Below are positions 50,238-62,579 of a stretch of 64,000 nt of DNA, piece by piece. This DNA is from Squalus acanthias. Lineage: Eukaryota. Under the pieces are notes generated by a model. The model did not search any database and was not told the origin of the DNA. It saw only the letters and a list, made by a program, of their open reading frames with translations. Positions within the stretch are counted from its first letter, which is position 1, and each line of letters starts with the position of its first letter. The stretch is taken from positions 131,380,001 to 131,444,000 of the forward strand of contig CM059432.1 of assembly GCA_030390025.1 (NCBI GenBank), read 5' to 3'. The translations under genes were made by a program, and so were the position numbers.

Positions 50238-50927
50238 TTTGTTTTCACATTTCGGAACATCCTCTTCACCCTTCAATTGAATTAGTTTGATGACTCACCC
50301 CGCCCCCATTCTTTTTAAATCTTTGCAAAGTAACTGGTGTTAATTGTGTCTGTGACGACGATGTAACTATGGCAACTGTACCATGCAGATGAATGTCACT
50401 AAAAATTCATGTAAGAACTTCCAACTGCCAGTTTTAAAGGATGTGTTTGAACCATAACTATTCAAAGCTGGCTACTGCAAGCCATAGAAAAGTAACAAAC
50501 CATAATGAACGAGGCTAGTCGGTAGTCTGTCTTGCAGAGCTAATTTAAACAATTACAGGTTAGTTAGTGACCAAAAATACATCTGTGCCTTTTGTAAAAT
50601 GAACCATATTGGTATTGTTTCTATTTGCAGAAATAGTGTATAATCTAATATTGAGTATCCAATATTAATTGTACAAAAGTGTCTACACTGTCTTGATGTG
50701 AAAAGGCCGATGCATTGATGAGTTTGTACATCTAATAAATGCATTGTGTAGATGTTTCTTTTTGTCAATCATATTTTGCTTATGCTGGAAAAAATACAAA
50801 TTAATGATCAAAAATCATACTGCTTCCTCAATTACCAATTGAGTATATGCATAGTACTGCACAGTGCAACCAGAAAAATCTCAGGTTTGATTCCTGCTCT
50901 GCTGAGATACCTGGGATCTTACTCCTG

Positions 50928-53258
50928 GGAGGCGATTTTCTCAGCCCCGAGGAGGCGGGTTTGGAGGCGGGAAAATTGGAAAAATGAGTGCGGGTTCGGA
51001 ACCCGCCTCTGCGTGATTTTGCCGGTGCCGGTTTTGCAGGGTGGGAAACGGTCCCGCCTCCAGCTGGCCAGAGAGCTTGTTAAGAGGCTTGAATAGTCAT
51101 TAAGGGTCTCTCTAATCCTATTTTGAGAGGCCCTCGTTATTTTTCGACCATTTCAGCGTGTTCCGCGACCCTCCTAACCCACGCCAGCTAAACCTGGCGG
51201 ATTGACAAGTGAGTGGCCTCCTCACAGCTGCAGCTCCACCATTAAATTGGAGATTTCATCAGGGATTAGTTGCAGGTGGCAGAACTTTGCTTTAAAAGCT
51301 CTTTCAGCACTTTTAGTAGGCCTTCCGAAGTCGGAGGTGCTGCAGCTTATTTCTATCAACTGTGGGACCTCCTTGGAAGACCCTCTACCCGCTTGCAATG
51401 AGCGCTTCCCTAACGGAGGCATCTGCAAGCAGCATAGGAACCATTCGTTTCCTTTCACCATAGACCTCAGATTCGGATGAGGAGCATCCACCTCCTGCTC
51501 AGCCACCTGATTCTGCACAGGGCAGAAGGCGCCAGCGCATCGAGGCACCTCGCCGCAGGATATAGCCCCAACAGAGGGTTTATAGACCCGAGGATGAGCT
51601 ACCTCAACATAAGTGAGCAACAGTGCCAAAGGAGGCTGAGACTTTCGCGAGAGGTTGTCCGAGAGATCTGCAGACTGCTGCAACAAGACCTGGTGCCCAG
51701 AGGAACGGGTGGCCACCCCTTACCAGTGGCTGTCTAAGTCACCACCGCACTCAACTTCTTTGCCTCAGGCTCCTTCCAGGGATCATCAGCAGACATCAGC
51801 GGCATCTCCCAGTCGGCCGCCCATAGTTGCATCATGCAGGTTACCGATGCCCTTTTCGCAAAGGCGCACAATTACATCCAGTTCTCAAGGGATCAAGCAA
51901 GTATAACCGCGCATTTGGTTGGCTTTGCAAATATGGCAGGCATGCCAATGGTGCAGGGCGTCATAGACTGCACACATGTGGCCCTTAGGGCACCCCATCA
52001 CAACCCAGCTATCTTTGTCAACCGAAAGGGCTTCCACTCCCTCAACGTACAGCTGGTGTGTAACCACAAGAAGGAGGTTTTGCATGTTTGCGCCAAGGTC
52101 TGTGGTAGTTGCCATGACTCGTTCATCCTGCGGAACTCTAGTGTTCCTCCACTTTTCAATCCGCCAAACCAACTTAACGGATGGCTCCTTGGTGACAAAG
52201 GCTACCCCCTGAAAAAGTGGCTAATGACACTGATCAGGAGGCCAGCTAACGAGGCTGAAGAGCGCTACAATGCCAGCCACACTTCGACCAGGTCTATCAT
52301 CAAGCAAACCATTGGGTTGTTGAAGATGCAGTTCTGATGCATTGACCGATCAGGTGGAGCCCTGCAGTATACACCATACAGGGTCTCCAGAATGGTCGTG
52401 GGCTGCTGTACACTGCACAACATGGCACAGCGTCGTGGCTTGGAGCTTCCTGATGAGGATGAGGAGGAGGACAGAGCGCCAGTCTATCGACTGGCAGCAC
52501 GCGAGCACATGGCTGCCCGTAATGCAAGGGATGAACTTATCCTGGCCAGATTTGCATAGGTTGCCCATGTTGGCACATGTTCTTGGCTCCATCTTTAGAC
52601 ATCATAGACAATGGACACGACTCTCTGGCCTCCTTTCACTCTGGCCACCAACCTGACAACGCAAGTGTCGCGGAACCCGCAATGTGGAGCTGCCGAAGGC
52701 GAAAGAATAGATGCTATAATGCCAACATTTTGCCATCAAATCATTTTAATGCTTTCCAACAGGGATGGCATTTCATCAATACATAGAAACATTCACCCAA
52801 TCAGCACACAGATCTGCAGTTTAGATCCCTTGCCAGCTGTACCCACACAGCTTGGTTTCTTTGGGAGGCCTCTTCCTCCCAGATGAGGGGAAGAGCACCT
52901 CCCTGCTACCTCTCATCCCCTCAACCAACATTTGCAGCGCTTCATCCGAGAACCTCGGGGAGGCCCTTGCCTTGGAATTGGACATAGTGGTTTCTCAGAA
53001 GATGTTGCAGGTGGTGCAGCATCGACAGAAATCCAGTGGAATGATCCAAGGCAGCAAGCAGCCCTTAAAAGAGGCTGGAAAAGTGATGTCAGCAGAGGTG
53101 AGTTTCAGTCCCAAAACACTAATTGACCAAGGGCATCCCATACCTCTGAAATCAGCTGGCCAATTATGGGAAAATCGCAATTTTTTCAAACCTATCAGTG
53201 GAGACGGGTTTTGAACCTACCCAAACCGAAACCCGCCTCCAGTGGGAAAATCATCCCC
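50928..53258 (+). mobile_element. PIF/Harbinger DNA transposon (defective) with CTG TSD
   Basis: TIRs GGAGGCGATTTTCTCA / TGGGAAAATCATCCCC (12/16); CTG at 50925-50927 and 53259-53261; carries a transposase remnant. Confidence 0.85.
51398..52559 (+). pseudogene. Harbinger (HARBI1-like) DDE transposase pseudogene; 5' boundary approximate
   Basis: [66 protein letters not shown]; in-frame stops at 51735-51737 and 52335-52337; frameshift near 51585. Confidence 0.9.
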
Positions 53259-54449
53259 CTGATTTCTATCCAGGTGGCTGTGCTGTAAGGGGTCTATATC
53301 TTAATATTGGAGGAGGACAATAGAAGGCTTGACTTTAACCTTCGCCACAAGAGAAGGCTTGACTTTAATGTTCGACCCCCCCACCAGCATCTCTATACAG
53401 TTGAATAGCCTATTGAGATTCATTCTCGAGGATCAATTATGAAGAATGCCCATTTGGGCAAGGTGCTGATAGGCTGTTTTCATCTGTGGAATTGTTTCCC
53501 AGTGTGAGTTGCTGACTTCAGAAGAGAAGAAAAACAATGGGGAGGAATGATGACCACAAGTTACACATAATGGCATTATCAAACAGCAACCCAAAATGCT
53601 AAGAGGAACCAAGAGTACGGCATAGTGAAGTATTAATTTCAAAAATAAGCCTAGCTATGAAGAGAAATCGGTGCCAGTTACTTTAACCATTGCAAAATCA
53701 GCAGAGTAGAAGATTCATTCAGTCACACTGCTCGAGAGCATAGCGTGTGAAGTAATGCTTTTGAAACCCAAGCTTAGCATTAACTAGTATACTTTCTAGT
53801 GTACTTTTACTATTTTTACCTTGGTGGTCTTCTGCGCTATGGGTCCTTCCCTTGGTTTCTCAAAAGAAAACACACAGCAACACTTAAAGCATTACATCAA
53901 AATTGAAAATATATAACTATTTGATGAGAAATTCAAATTTAAATCAAGGGCTGAATCAGTATCACCTTAGTACTTCAATGTCTAACACTGTTAAAACAAA
54001 TGCAGTACTGGAAAACTACAATTGTTCAATTTTTTCCACCATTTTTCTGTGTTTTCTCCTGCCACACATTTGAGCTTTGGTTGAGGGGGATGCATCTCTA
54101 AAATCCCAGCATCTTTTCTGTTTAATTTGGCCACAATTCTTTTTTAATTCTCACCATGTCACTTCCCCCACCCCCCTCTTTAAAGCATGAAGGAAGCAAT
54201 TTTGCTGATTATGACAACAAAAATGCTAGTTCTAGATCTGGAACAAATGACTTTTTCATCTCTTTCTAAATGTCTAATCCGTACACTAGGTGTTGAGAAG
54301 AAAGTGAACAGATCTCTATTATAGGATGTGATGAGAATAGAATGTATGGTTGTGGATTGCATGAATATTCAAGGCCACAATGTGGCAGTGTTGGTTCAGG
54401 CATTTCTACATCCACCCCTTTTGAGAAGGAGCAGTGGAAATTGTAATAG

Positions 54450-54790
54450 TTGCATTTACACAGCACTTTTAACATGGAAAAACGTCCCAAGGCGCTTCAC
54501 AGAGGTGTAAAAATGAACAAGACAAAGAAGGAGCTACGAGGAGGGTTGGCCGAAAACTTGGTCAAAGAGGTGGGTTTTAAGGAAGGTCTTAAAGGAGGTG
54601 GAAAGGTTTAGGGGGGAAATCCAGATCGTGGGGCTCAGATAGTTGAAGGCACAGTTGACAATGATTAGGTGAAGGGAGGAGGGATGCCAGAAAGTAAAGT
54701 TTAGTGGGAATTGCAAGGGAGCAGGAGTTGGTTCTTGTGAACAAGATGAGCTCAGAGTAGGTATGAGGAGACAAACTGGAGAAAGACATG
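54450..54790 (-). mobile_element. L2-type LINE 3' tail (degenerate)
   Basis: Reverse complement of the tail at 4716..5090 (tttaaaacc.acctctttgaccaag). Confidence 0.7.
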
Positions 54791-56307
54791 GGTTCAAGCC
54801 TGGGGCAGAGGGGAGCCTGGGGATAAGGCTTGGCTTGGGGGTAGGGGGGAAGCAGCAGAGGCCGGGGGTTATCTTTGTTCTACAGGATGATCCTGGAGTA
54901 GTGTTCAGTTTTGGCAGAGGAGAGTGAGGCCCAATAGTGCTTCATGTGGCTTAGACAGATCTAGTAATGCATGGCTAAACCAGTTGTGCACCAGATATGC
55001 TGAAGTCTGCATCCCTTGGACTTGAGGAAGCGAAGATGGGTTGGTAGTGGTCACACCAGGGGGATCAAACAGGATGGGAGAGAGTAAAGGTTTTGCTGGG
55101 GACAAGGGCATCAAAGGTGGACATGAGGGGAATAGTTAAGCCGATCAATAGTTGCAGAAGTATTGTGGCAAATGGTTGGCCAAAGGCTAGGCAGTTAGGA
55201 TTTAGAATCATAGAACAGTGCAACATAGAAGGAGGCAGTTCGGCCCATCATGCCTCTTTGAAAGAGCTATCCTATTAGTCCCACTCCCCTGCTCTTTCCC
55301 CATAGCCCTGCAAATTTTTCCACTTCAATAATTAGAATAGCTTTAATTTTGAAAATCATGGTCAGTTGAAGGAAGGAGCAGCATGGGTCCGTTAATGAAG
55401 ACGATGACACTCTCCTAAATTCCCTTCCTAATGAATGAAACTCCTGAGAATACTGATGATTAGAAGTATGCTTCAACATTTCAGTGCTCTCCACATGTGT
55501 TCATGGAGAAATTTTATCGAGTTCGGTTGTGACTTGCTTTTACTTCTGTGTGAATTTTGTGCTCATCAAAATGAGCAATGTTGCTGTTGGGGCACAGAAC
55601 ATTTTCCATTTTAAGCACCCAGTGTCAGCGTTACAGTACTGTAGGGGTTAATTGCAGAGTAAAGCTCCCCCTACTCTGCTCCGACAATATGCCTCAGCCC
55701 CAGTCCCAGAGGAGCACCCTTACTGCACCAGTGTGATATTTCTACATTTCCCACACAAACAGTCCTGCAGCGATCCTTAGTGAAATTGACAATTTAGTGC
55801 TGAATTAGGCAGTTTTGTGCTATAAGCCCCTGCTCACTGAGAACAGGACTGATACTATCCAAACACTTTCACTTAGAACCCTTCACCTAACAGACGGAGG
55901 AGACTTTCATTCCATCAGTCTGTTGGACTCAAACCTAGGTGGCAGAAGTAAAAGGTCAATGTTTAACACTGCACCATTCAGTCCCCTGACTCACCTTATC
56001 ATAGAATAGTTACAGCATAGAAGGAGGCCATTCGAGCCCATGCCAGCTCTCTGCAAGAGCATTTTAGCTAGTCCCACTGCCCCGCCTTTTTGCCGTAGCC
56101 CTGCAAATTTTTGCTGAATGTATTTGGGCACAAATCTCTTTTTCCTTTAAGCTTAACAACTGATTTAATGTAGTGTTGTTTATGAGTGGTCTGGATAATG
56201 GTTATAATAGTTAACTGCTGAGATAGAACAATTAACCAGAACTGTCTCTTTAAAGACACTATTCAGATACTCTCTGTGGGGAACTGCTCTAATTAGAAAG
56301 AGGAAAT

Positions 56308-57119
56308 TACAGAGTATTTACAGCATAGAAACAGGCCACTGCGCCCAACTGGCCTGTGCCGGTGTTTATGCTCCAGACGAGCCTCTTCCCACCCTTCTTC
56401 ATCTAACCCTATCAGCATATCCTTCTATTGCTTTCTCCCTCATGTGTTTATCTCGCTTCCCCTTCAATGCATCTATATTATTTGCCTCAACTACTCCTTG
56501 TGGTAGCGAGTTCCACGTTCTAACCACTCTCTGGGTAAAGAAGTTTCTCCTAAATTCCCTATTGGATTTATTAGTGACTATCTTATGTTTATGGCTCCTA
56601 GTTCTGGTCTCCCCCGCAATTGGAAACATCTTCTCTATGTCTACCCTAGCAAACCTTTTCATTATCTTAAAAACCTCTATCAGGTCACCCCTCAGTCTTC
56701 TCTTTTCTAGAGAAAAGAGCCCCAGCTAGTTCAATCTTTTCTGATAGGTATAACCTCTCAGTTCTGGTATCATCCTGGTAAATCTTTTTGCACCTTCTCC
56801 AGTGTCTCTATATCCTTTTAATAATATGGAGGCCGAACTGTTCACAGTACTCCATGTGTGGTCTAACCAAAGTTCTATACAAGTTTAACATAACATCTCT
56901 GCTTTTCAATTCTATCCCTCCAGAAATGAACCCCAACTCTTTGTTTGCTTTTTTTTATGGCCTTATTAACCTGCGTTGCTACTTTTAGTGATCTGTGTAT
57001 CTGTACCCCAGATCCCTTTGCTCCTCTACTCTATTTAGACTCTTATTATCCAAGCAGTATATGGCTTCCTTATTCTTGTTACCAAAATACACCACCTCGC
57101 ACTTACTTATATTGAAGTT
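56308..57119 (-). mobile_element. CR1 LINE 3' fragment
   Basis: RVDIEKMFPIAGETRTRSHK...[18 protein letters not shown] (ORF 56399..56662). Confidence 0.88.
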
Positions 57120-57287
57120 TATATTTGTACTACTATTTGCCTCTCACTTTATTAAATTCACTTCAGATGCAAATAATTTCATTCTTCCTTCCCCAAAACC
57201 TCTTGTTCTCAGTTATTTACATTATAAAAAATATATATTTTTGCACAATCTTCCATGATGTATTTTCCGTATTTACTTAAGACGAGC

Positions 57288-57737
57288 AAGCTTGTATTCA
57301 TATAGTGCCAATCACGACCTCAGGACGGTCCCTAAGTGCTTTGCAGCCAATGAAGTACTTTTGAAGTGTAGTCACTGTTGTAATGTTGGGAAATGCAGCA
57401 GCCAATTTGCACACAGCAAGGTCCCACAAACAGCAATGAGATAAATGACCAGATAATGTTTTTAAGGATATTGGTTGAAAGACAAATATTGGCTAGGACA
57501 CCAGGGAAGCTCCCTTGCTCTTCTCTGTATAGTGCCATAGGATCTTTTACGTCCACCTGAAAGGGTAGCCGGGACCTCGGTTTAACGTCTCATCCAAAAG
57601 GTGGTACCTCCAACAGTACAGCACTCCCTCAATACTGCACTGGGAGTGTCAGCCTGGATTATGTGCTCAGGTCTCTGGAGTGGGGCTCGAACTAACAGAA
57701 GAGGCAAGTATTCGACCACTGAACCGTGGCTAACACC
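57288..57737 (-). mobile_element. DeuSINE (SacSINE1-like), near full length
   Basis: tRNA-like head (ggtgttagccacggttcagtggtcgaatac...ttcgagcccc), Deu domain and LINE-like tail. Confidence 0.8.
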
Positions 57738-58252
57738 TAGAAATAGGCACATCCTGATTGCTGAGAAAAGTTTTTGCAAATTGGGAGCTGCTTATAAAAG
57801 CTCAGCTTCTGCTCTTGGGAAGGGACCAGGTTGTTAGGGTAGAAAAAGCATAAGAAAGTGAATCACTTTTTTTATAATCCACATCTGACAGACTGAAAGG
57901 GTGGCAACTGAAACTTGAAAGACGTGTACTGGATGAAAGTATTTTTTTAAATCTCCATTTTCTTGCTCAAGTCTAATCAGGCCTTGTACCAAATACAGCT
58001 CAGGTTACAAGCAGCTGATTTGCTCTGGGTTTCACCTGAGAAACAGTCTGGCAGTGACACGCCCGTTGACTTTTCTTCCCTGCAGGAGAAGACATCTGAT
58101 CTTTTCTCAGCCCCTCCCTGTGCAGGTGTGGTTCAGACTGGAAACTCAGTCAAATGAGATAATCACACCTGCGTGCCTCTGCATTGGAGTATTCATGTTC
58201 GAGTGCTCAGTGCTACTCTGCCAACTATGAGTCACTCTAAGGTAAAGAGGTC

Positions 58253-58329
58253 ATGATGTGGAGATGCCGGCGTTGGACTGGGGTGGACAAAAATGAGAAG
58301 TCGCACAACACCAGGTTATAGTCCAACAG
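58253..58329 (-). mobile_element. Second copy of the short element at 17271..17354
   Basis: tgatgtggagatgccggcgttggactggggtggacaaaaat.agaagtcgcacaacaccaggttatagtccaacag, nearly identical. Confidence 0.75.
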
Positions 58330-59828
58330 GGAAGACGCAACATTACCCCTTAATGAGATTCTGGTTAAGTAAGCTGGGCCTTATACTTCTTCCTGATAGG
58401 TAATTAGGTAGATATATTACCCGGTATGGTACTTGGCCATGCAGGCCGGGCAAGTTCCAGGTTTAATTCTTGGTCTGTGCTGCGTTTGCTGATCTTTGCT
58501 GGGCACTGCAATTGGACTCAGTGATTTAGATGTGGGAAACAAGAATTTTGGCTTGGGTTCACACTCCGGAACACTACTCAACGACCTCTACTGAGAAATA
58601 TATGTTTGGATATCGTGTGGGAACTATAGCAAGCGTGGCTGTAATTCCCTCCAGCATATTTGAATATATTCAGTGTCCAGGCTCATATGTAAAGAGTAGC
58701 CTCTTTGTGAGATACCCGAGGGTTACCAGTGCCTATTGAGCTTCACCCATTATGAGTCACTGCCTTCCGAAGGAGGGGCAAATGAGAATAAGTTATCTTT
58801 ATATTAAGTTGGAAACAAGAGAATATATATATATAATGCAATCAGGTGGTTTCCATTTATTTTAGTAGAGGTTGCTTAAAATGAAATGCCCTGTAGTGTA
58901 GCCTCAGTGAATCGAACCCCTGTTCACCAGAATAAAAAGGGAAATGATACTGCTTTCAGGTGCCTATTAGCAGGGAGTGGTTGAGGATATCTGAACCACT
59001 GCATGGGTTGATAGTGTTGAAGTTAGAGCGGTTTATATTTCAGCCAAAACTGACGGTTGTTGTTCAGATTTTTTCTAATTAAATCAGCTACTTTTTTTTT
59101 AAAGGCCATCAATAAACTATGTTAATAGTCTGACCTAGTCTTAAGCCCCTTATCTTGCTTTGTTTATTTTAGTGAGGTAACCACAGTACCAGACACACTT
59201 GGAATGTGCCAGATCTGTCAAACAATCACTGCAGAAAGCACAGCAGCTGTTTTTCAGAAGTATTTGAAACTAGAGTAAATCTGGAGATAGATCCGATGAT
59301 TTTTTTTTAGCATGGAAGGGTGACAATGTTCAACATTAATTAGGAGTTATTCACAACAGTAGGATACGATGGGTTTGTAATGGTTGCCAGCAAAATAATG
59401 TACAATAAAATCTAAACTACAATACTTAGAGGAAAGCAATGAACAAAAAAAAAACAGAATCCTATATAGTGTTGGAGCAACAACCTTCTCTGATTACAAA
59501 ATCTTAATTACTAACTTGCTGAACTTTTGGCATTTTCATGGAATATGTTTTTCAGAGTTAAAGATCTTTTTTATTTGTTCAATAGAAATTTCAAAAACAA
59601 TCTCGGGCTGGCGAGATCAACTTATTCCTCGTGGCTACGTGTCTAACCTGTGCCATTATTTGACTGAACACTTAAGGGGCACAAATAACATTGCTGAGCA
59701 CAACTGGTCTCCTGATGTGCAATGAGGAGTGTAGATGGAATACATCTGTCTGATCTGCAGAATACAAGTCAAAATGATTATTTTAGTACCCCTTTTATGC
59801 TACATTATTTGGACTCTGAGGGTACATT

Positions 59829-60378
59829 AGAATCAGAGAAACTTACAGCACAGTTGGAGGCCATTCGGCCCATCATGTCCGTGCTGGCTCTTTGAAAGAG
59901 CAGTCGTGCTTAGTCCCACATCCCTGCTTTTTGTCCGTAACCCTGTAAGTTTCTCATCCTCATGTACAACTCCCTTTTAAAATTATTTATGGAATCAGCT
60001 TCCATCACCTTTTCAGGTAGAGCGTTCCAGATCCCAGCAACTCTCTGATTGAAATAATTTTGCCTCATCTCCCCTCTAGATCTTTTGCCGATGATTTTGA
60101 ATCTATGACCTCTGGTTATTGACCCATTCGCCAGAGGGAATAGTTTTTCTCTCTCTACTCTATCAAAACCTCTCATCATCTTGAAAACCTCAATTAGGTC
60201 ACCTCTTAACCTTCTCTGTTCCAAGAAGAACAGTCCTAACTTTTCCAACCTCTCCTCATAACTCAAGTCTCTCATCCCTGGTAACATCCTGGTAAACCTC
60301 CTCTATACCCTTTCTAAGGTCTTTATATCTTTCCTGAAGTGTGATGCCCAGAATTACCCACAATACTCCAGCTGAGGC
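59829..60378 (-). mobile_element. CR1 LINE 3' fragment
   Basis: ORF 59910..60287: [36 protein letters not shown]. Confidence 0.88.
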
Positions 60379-60551
60379 ATTAGATGGTCAAACATTACAA
60401 ACCAACAAATTACAAATCCTAACAAGAACACGATCAAAAAGGAAACATTTAACAATCATTTTTTTGTAGTTTTGTTTTAGAGATATAAACTGTGCACTGA
60501 TTTACACATTGGTGCAATGTTAGCTGTACAGTATTTAAAAGATTACACTAA

Positions 60552-60885
60552 AACAAAAGCAAAATACTGCGGATGCTGGAAATCTGAAATAAAACCTGGA
60601 CCCATCTTTTATTTCTTTACTTGTCCCATTACCACCCCCTTGTGCCTTGCCCCATCATTTAACCTCTCCTGCTTTCCACCCTATCACAGACCTTTCCTTT
60701 TGTTCATTCTTCCCCACCCTCCCCCACCCCCATTTCCCTGCCTCTGCACTTGCTTAAAATCTGTTACATCTCTAACTTCTTCCAGTTCTGATGAAAGGTC
60801 ATTGACCTGAAACGTTAACTCTGTTTCTCGCTCCACAGATGTTGCCTGACCTGCTGAGTATTTCCAGCATTTTTTGTTTTTATTT
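60552..60885 (+). mobile_element. Penelope-like tail with an inverted terminal piece at 60552-60595
   Basis: Homologous to 923..1211; the left 44 bp are the reverse complement of the extreme 3' end of that tail. Confidence 0.78.
60784..60820 (+). ncRNA. Minimal type I hammerhead ribozyme motif (Penelope-associated)
   Basis: AGTT-CTGATGA-A-AGGTC(ATT)GACCT-GAAA-CGTT-AACT. Confidence 0.7.
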
Positions 60886-60987
60886 AAAAGATAACACATT
60901 GATAATATAATTGTACATATTTGTTCAGTAGCTTTACATGCTTCAGAATCAAGGCCGCCATGTGTGGAGTAAGTGGGCCCAGTCTAA

Positions 60988-61714
60988 ATGCACGATCTTG
61001 CCAGCCCTGGGGAGGCGGGACTGCCGGGAAAATGTCAGAATGTCAGAATTTGGAGGCGGGTGCCCAACCCGCCCCCAACCCGCCTCCATGCCATCTTGCC
61101 AGGAGGCGGGTAGCCGTCCCGTGCCGCGTCCCGTCTCCTTGGAGGCGGGAAGGGATTAAAGCCTATTAACTGCCAGTTAACAGGTAGTTAACAGGCAGAA
61201 AATAGGATTATCCCCTTTTTGCCCTCACAAGTGCGGGCTTCCCAAAGGCTCCGAAACCCGCCAGACCAGCGAGGCGAGTACTGGGTCTGCGGGGGTCGGG
61301 GGGATGCAAAAGTGCGCTGTGAAGGTGAGTGATGGGTGCAAGTGTGGAGAGGTGAGTATCTGAGTTAAGTGCAAAGTGTTAGAAAAAGTGTACTTACCTT
61401 TGTTTCTTCCTGCAGACTTCAGTCAGTGTGTATGCGGAGAGTCTCGGACCTCCACGTTGGAGATGACAGATGGCCGTTGCATTCTTCAATGCAACAACCA
61501 TCTCATGTCTGCAAAAGAAAAATGTTTGATGAGGTCTTGAATTCAAGACCTCATCAAACTACAGAGAATGTCACTGTTTGACAGCTTCACAGAGCTTAAC
61601 AAGGTCAATCAAGGGAAAATAGCATGGGTTGGCCAGGAGTTGTTGGAGGCAGGACTGAAACCCAACAAGTGGGAGTCCCGCCTCCAAAAGCTCCCCATTG
61701 AGAAAATCACCCCC
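60988..61714. mobile_element. Harbinger-type MITE, inverted homolog of 49488..50237
   Basis: Shared block ctccacacttgcacccatcactcacc...cccccgcagaccc in the opposite orientation; right TIR GAGAAAATCACCCCC; TAA flanks. Confidence 0.7.
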
Positions 61715-62579
61715 TAAGTTCTTTTTCAGTTCTGAGCAGAGGTTGAGCATCACATGCTCTGACTGGCATATGTCCCACATTCAAATGTTTGTGCTGGGAG
61801 GGTTAGTGATTCACCTTCGGAAGGGGAGAGGGAAATGCATCTTCTTGGCACTAGAGTGAGAGTTGTGCTAGTTTATGCTTTTCAGGCCATCCTTGTACCT
61901 CTGGGGATAGGTCCATCAGAAGAATTGGTCTGAAGGATTATCAATGTTGGCCATGGGCTTTGTTGCATTTGGGGCCACTGCCAAGAATGGTTGGATCTGG
62001 GACAGGATGAGGAGACATGTAGGAACATGACAGTCTGGCTGCATTCTGTCTAACATTCATCTAATAGGGAGAGGCAGTATCTGTGAAGTTTATGTGTGTG
62101 TGGTACATTTAATGCATGAAATTGAGTTCACTCTTAAATATTTTACTACAAGTGGTGTTTGCCAGATTTTGATCCTAAATTTTCCTCCTGTTATTTGGTG
62201 GTCTAGGTCTCAATCACAGACTATTTTTAGACGTTTTATGGAGTTTGTTGATGCGGAGGTAAGCACAGTGCAGCCCAGAAACTGTTGCATAATTGGTGGT
62301 ATGAATGAGGTTAAATTGACTCATCATTACTTGAAAATTAATGCTAACAATTATTTTTTTTCCTAATTCAATACAGTAAATTGTTTAAACCAACCCATGG
62401 ATGTTGTAGGTTGTGTCTCTTTGTGTTAGCAGACCTGAATAAATTAAAACTCTTCTGGCAAAATTGGAGCTTTTTCATAGTCAAAACTCAGCAATTGTTT
62501 CTGGCAACCTTGTTCCTCTGTATTGAAACCTTCAAATTGTACAATCTGAGAGTGGAAATGATCACAATTAAGACTAATA

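Noticed and set aside
51398..52559. Domesticated HARBI1 gene
   Set aside because: It has stops, a frameshift and an E-to-K catalytic change, and is flanked by TIRs and a TSD, so it is a dead transposon copy.
57660..57737. tRNA genes (also at about 3660-3715, 12972-13030, 16300-16392)
   Set aside because: These are tRNA-derived SINE heads without a complete cloverleaf.
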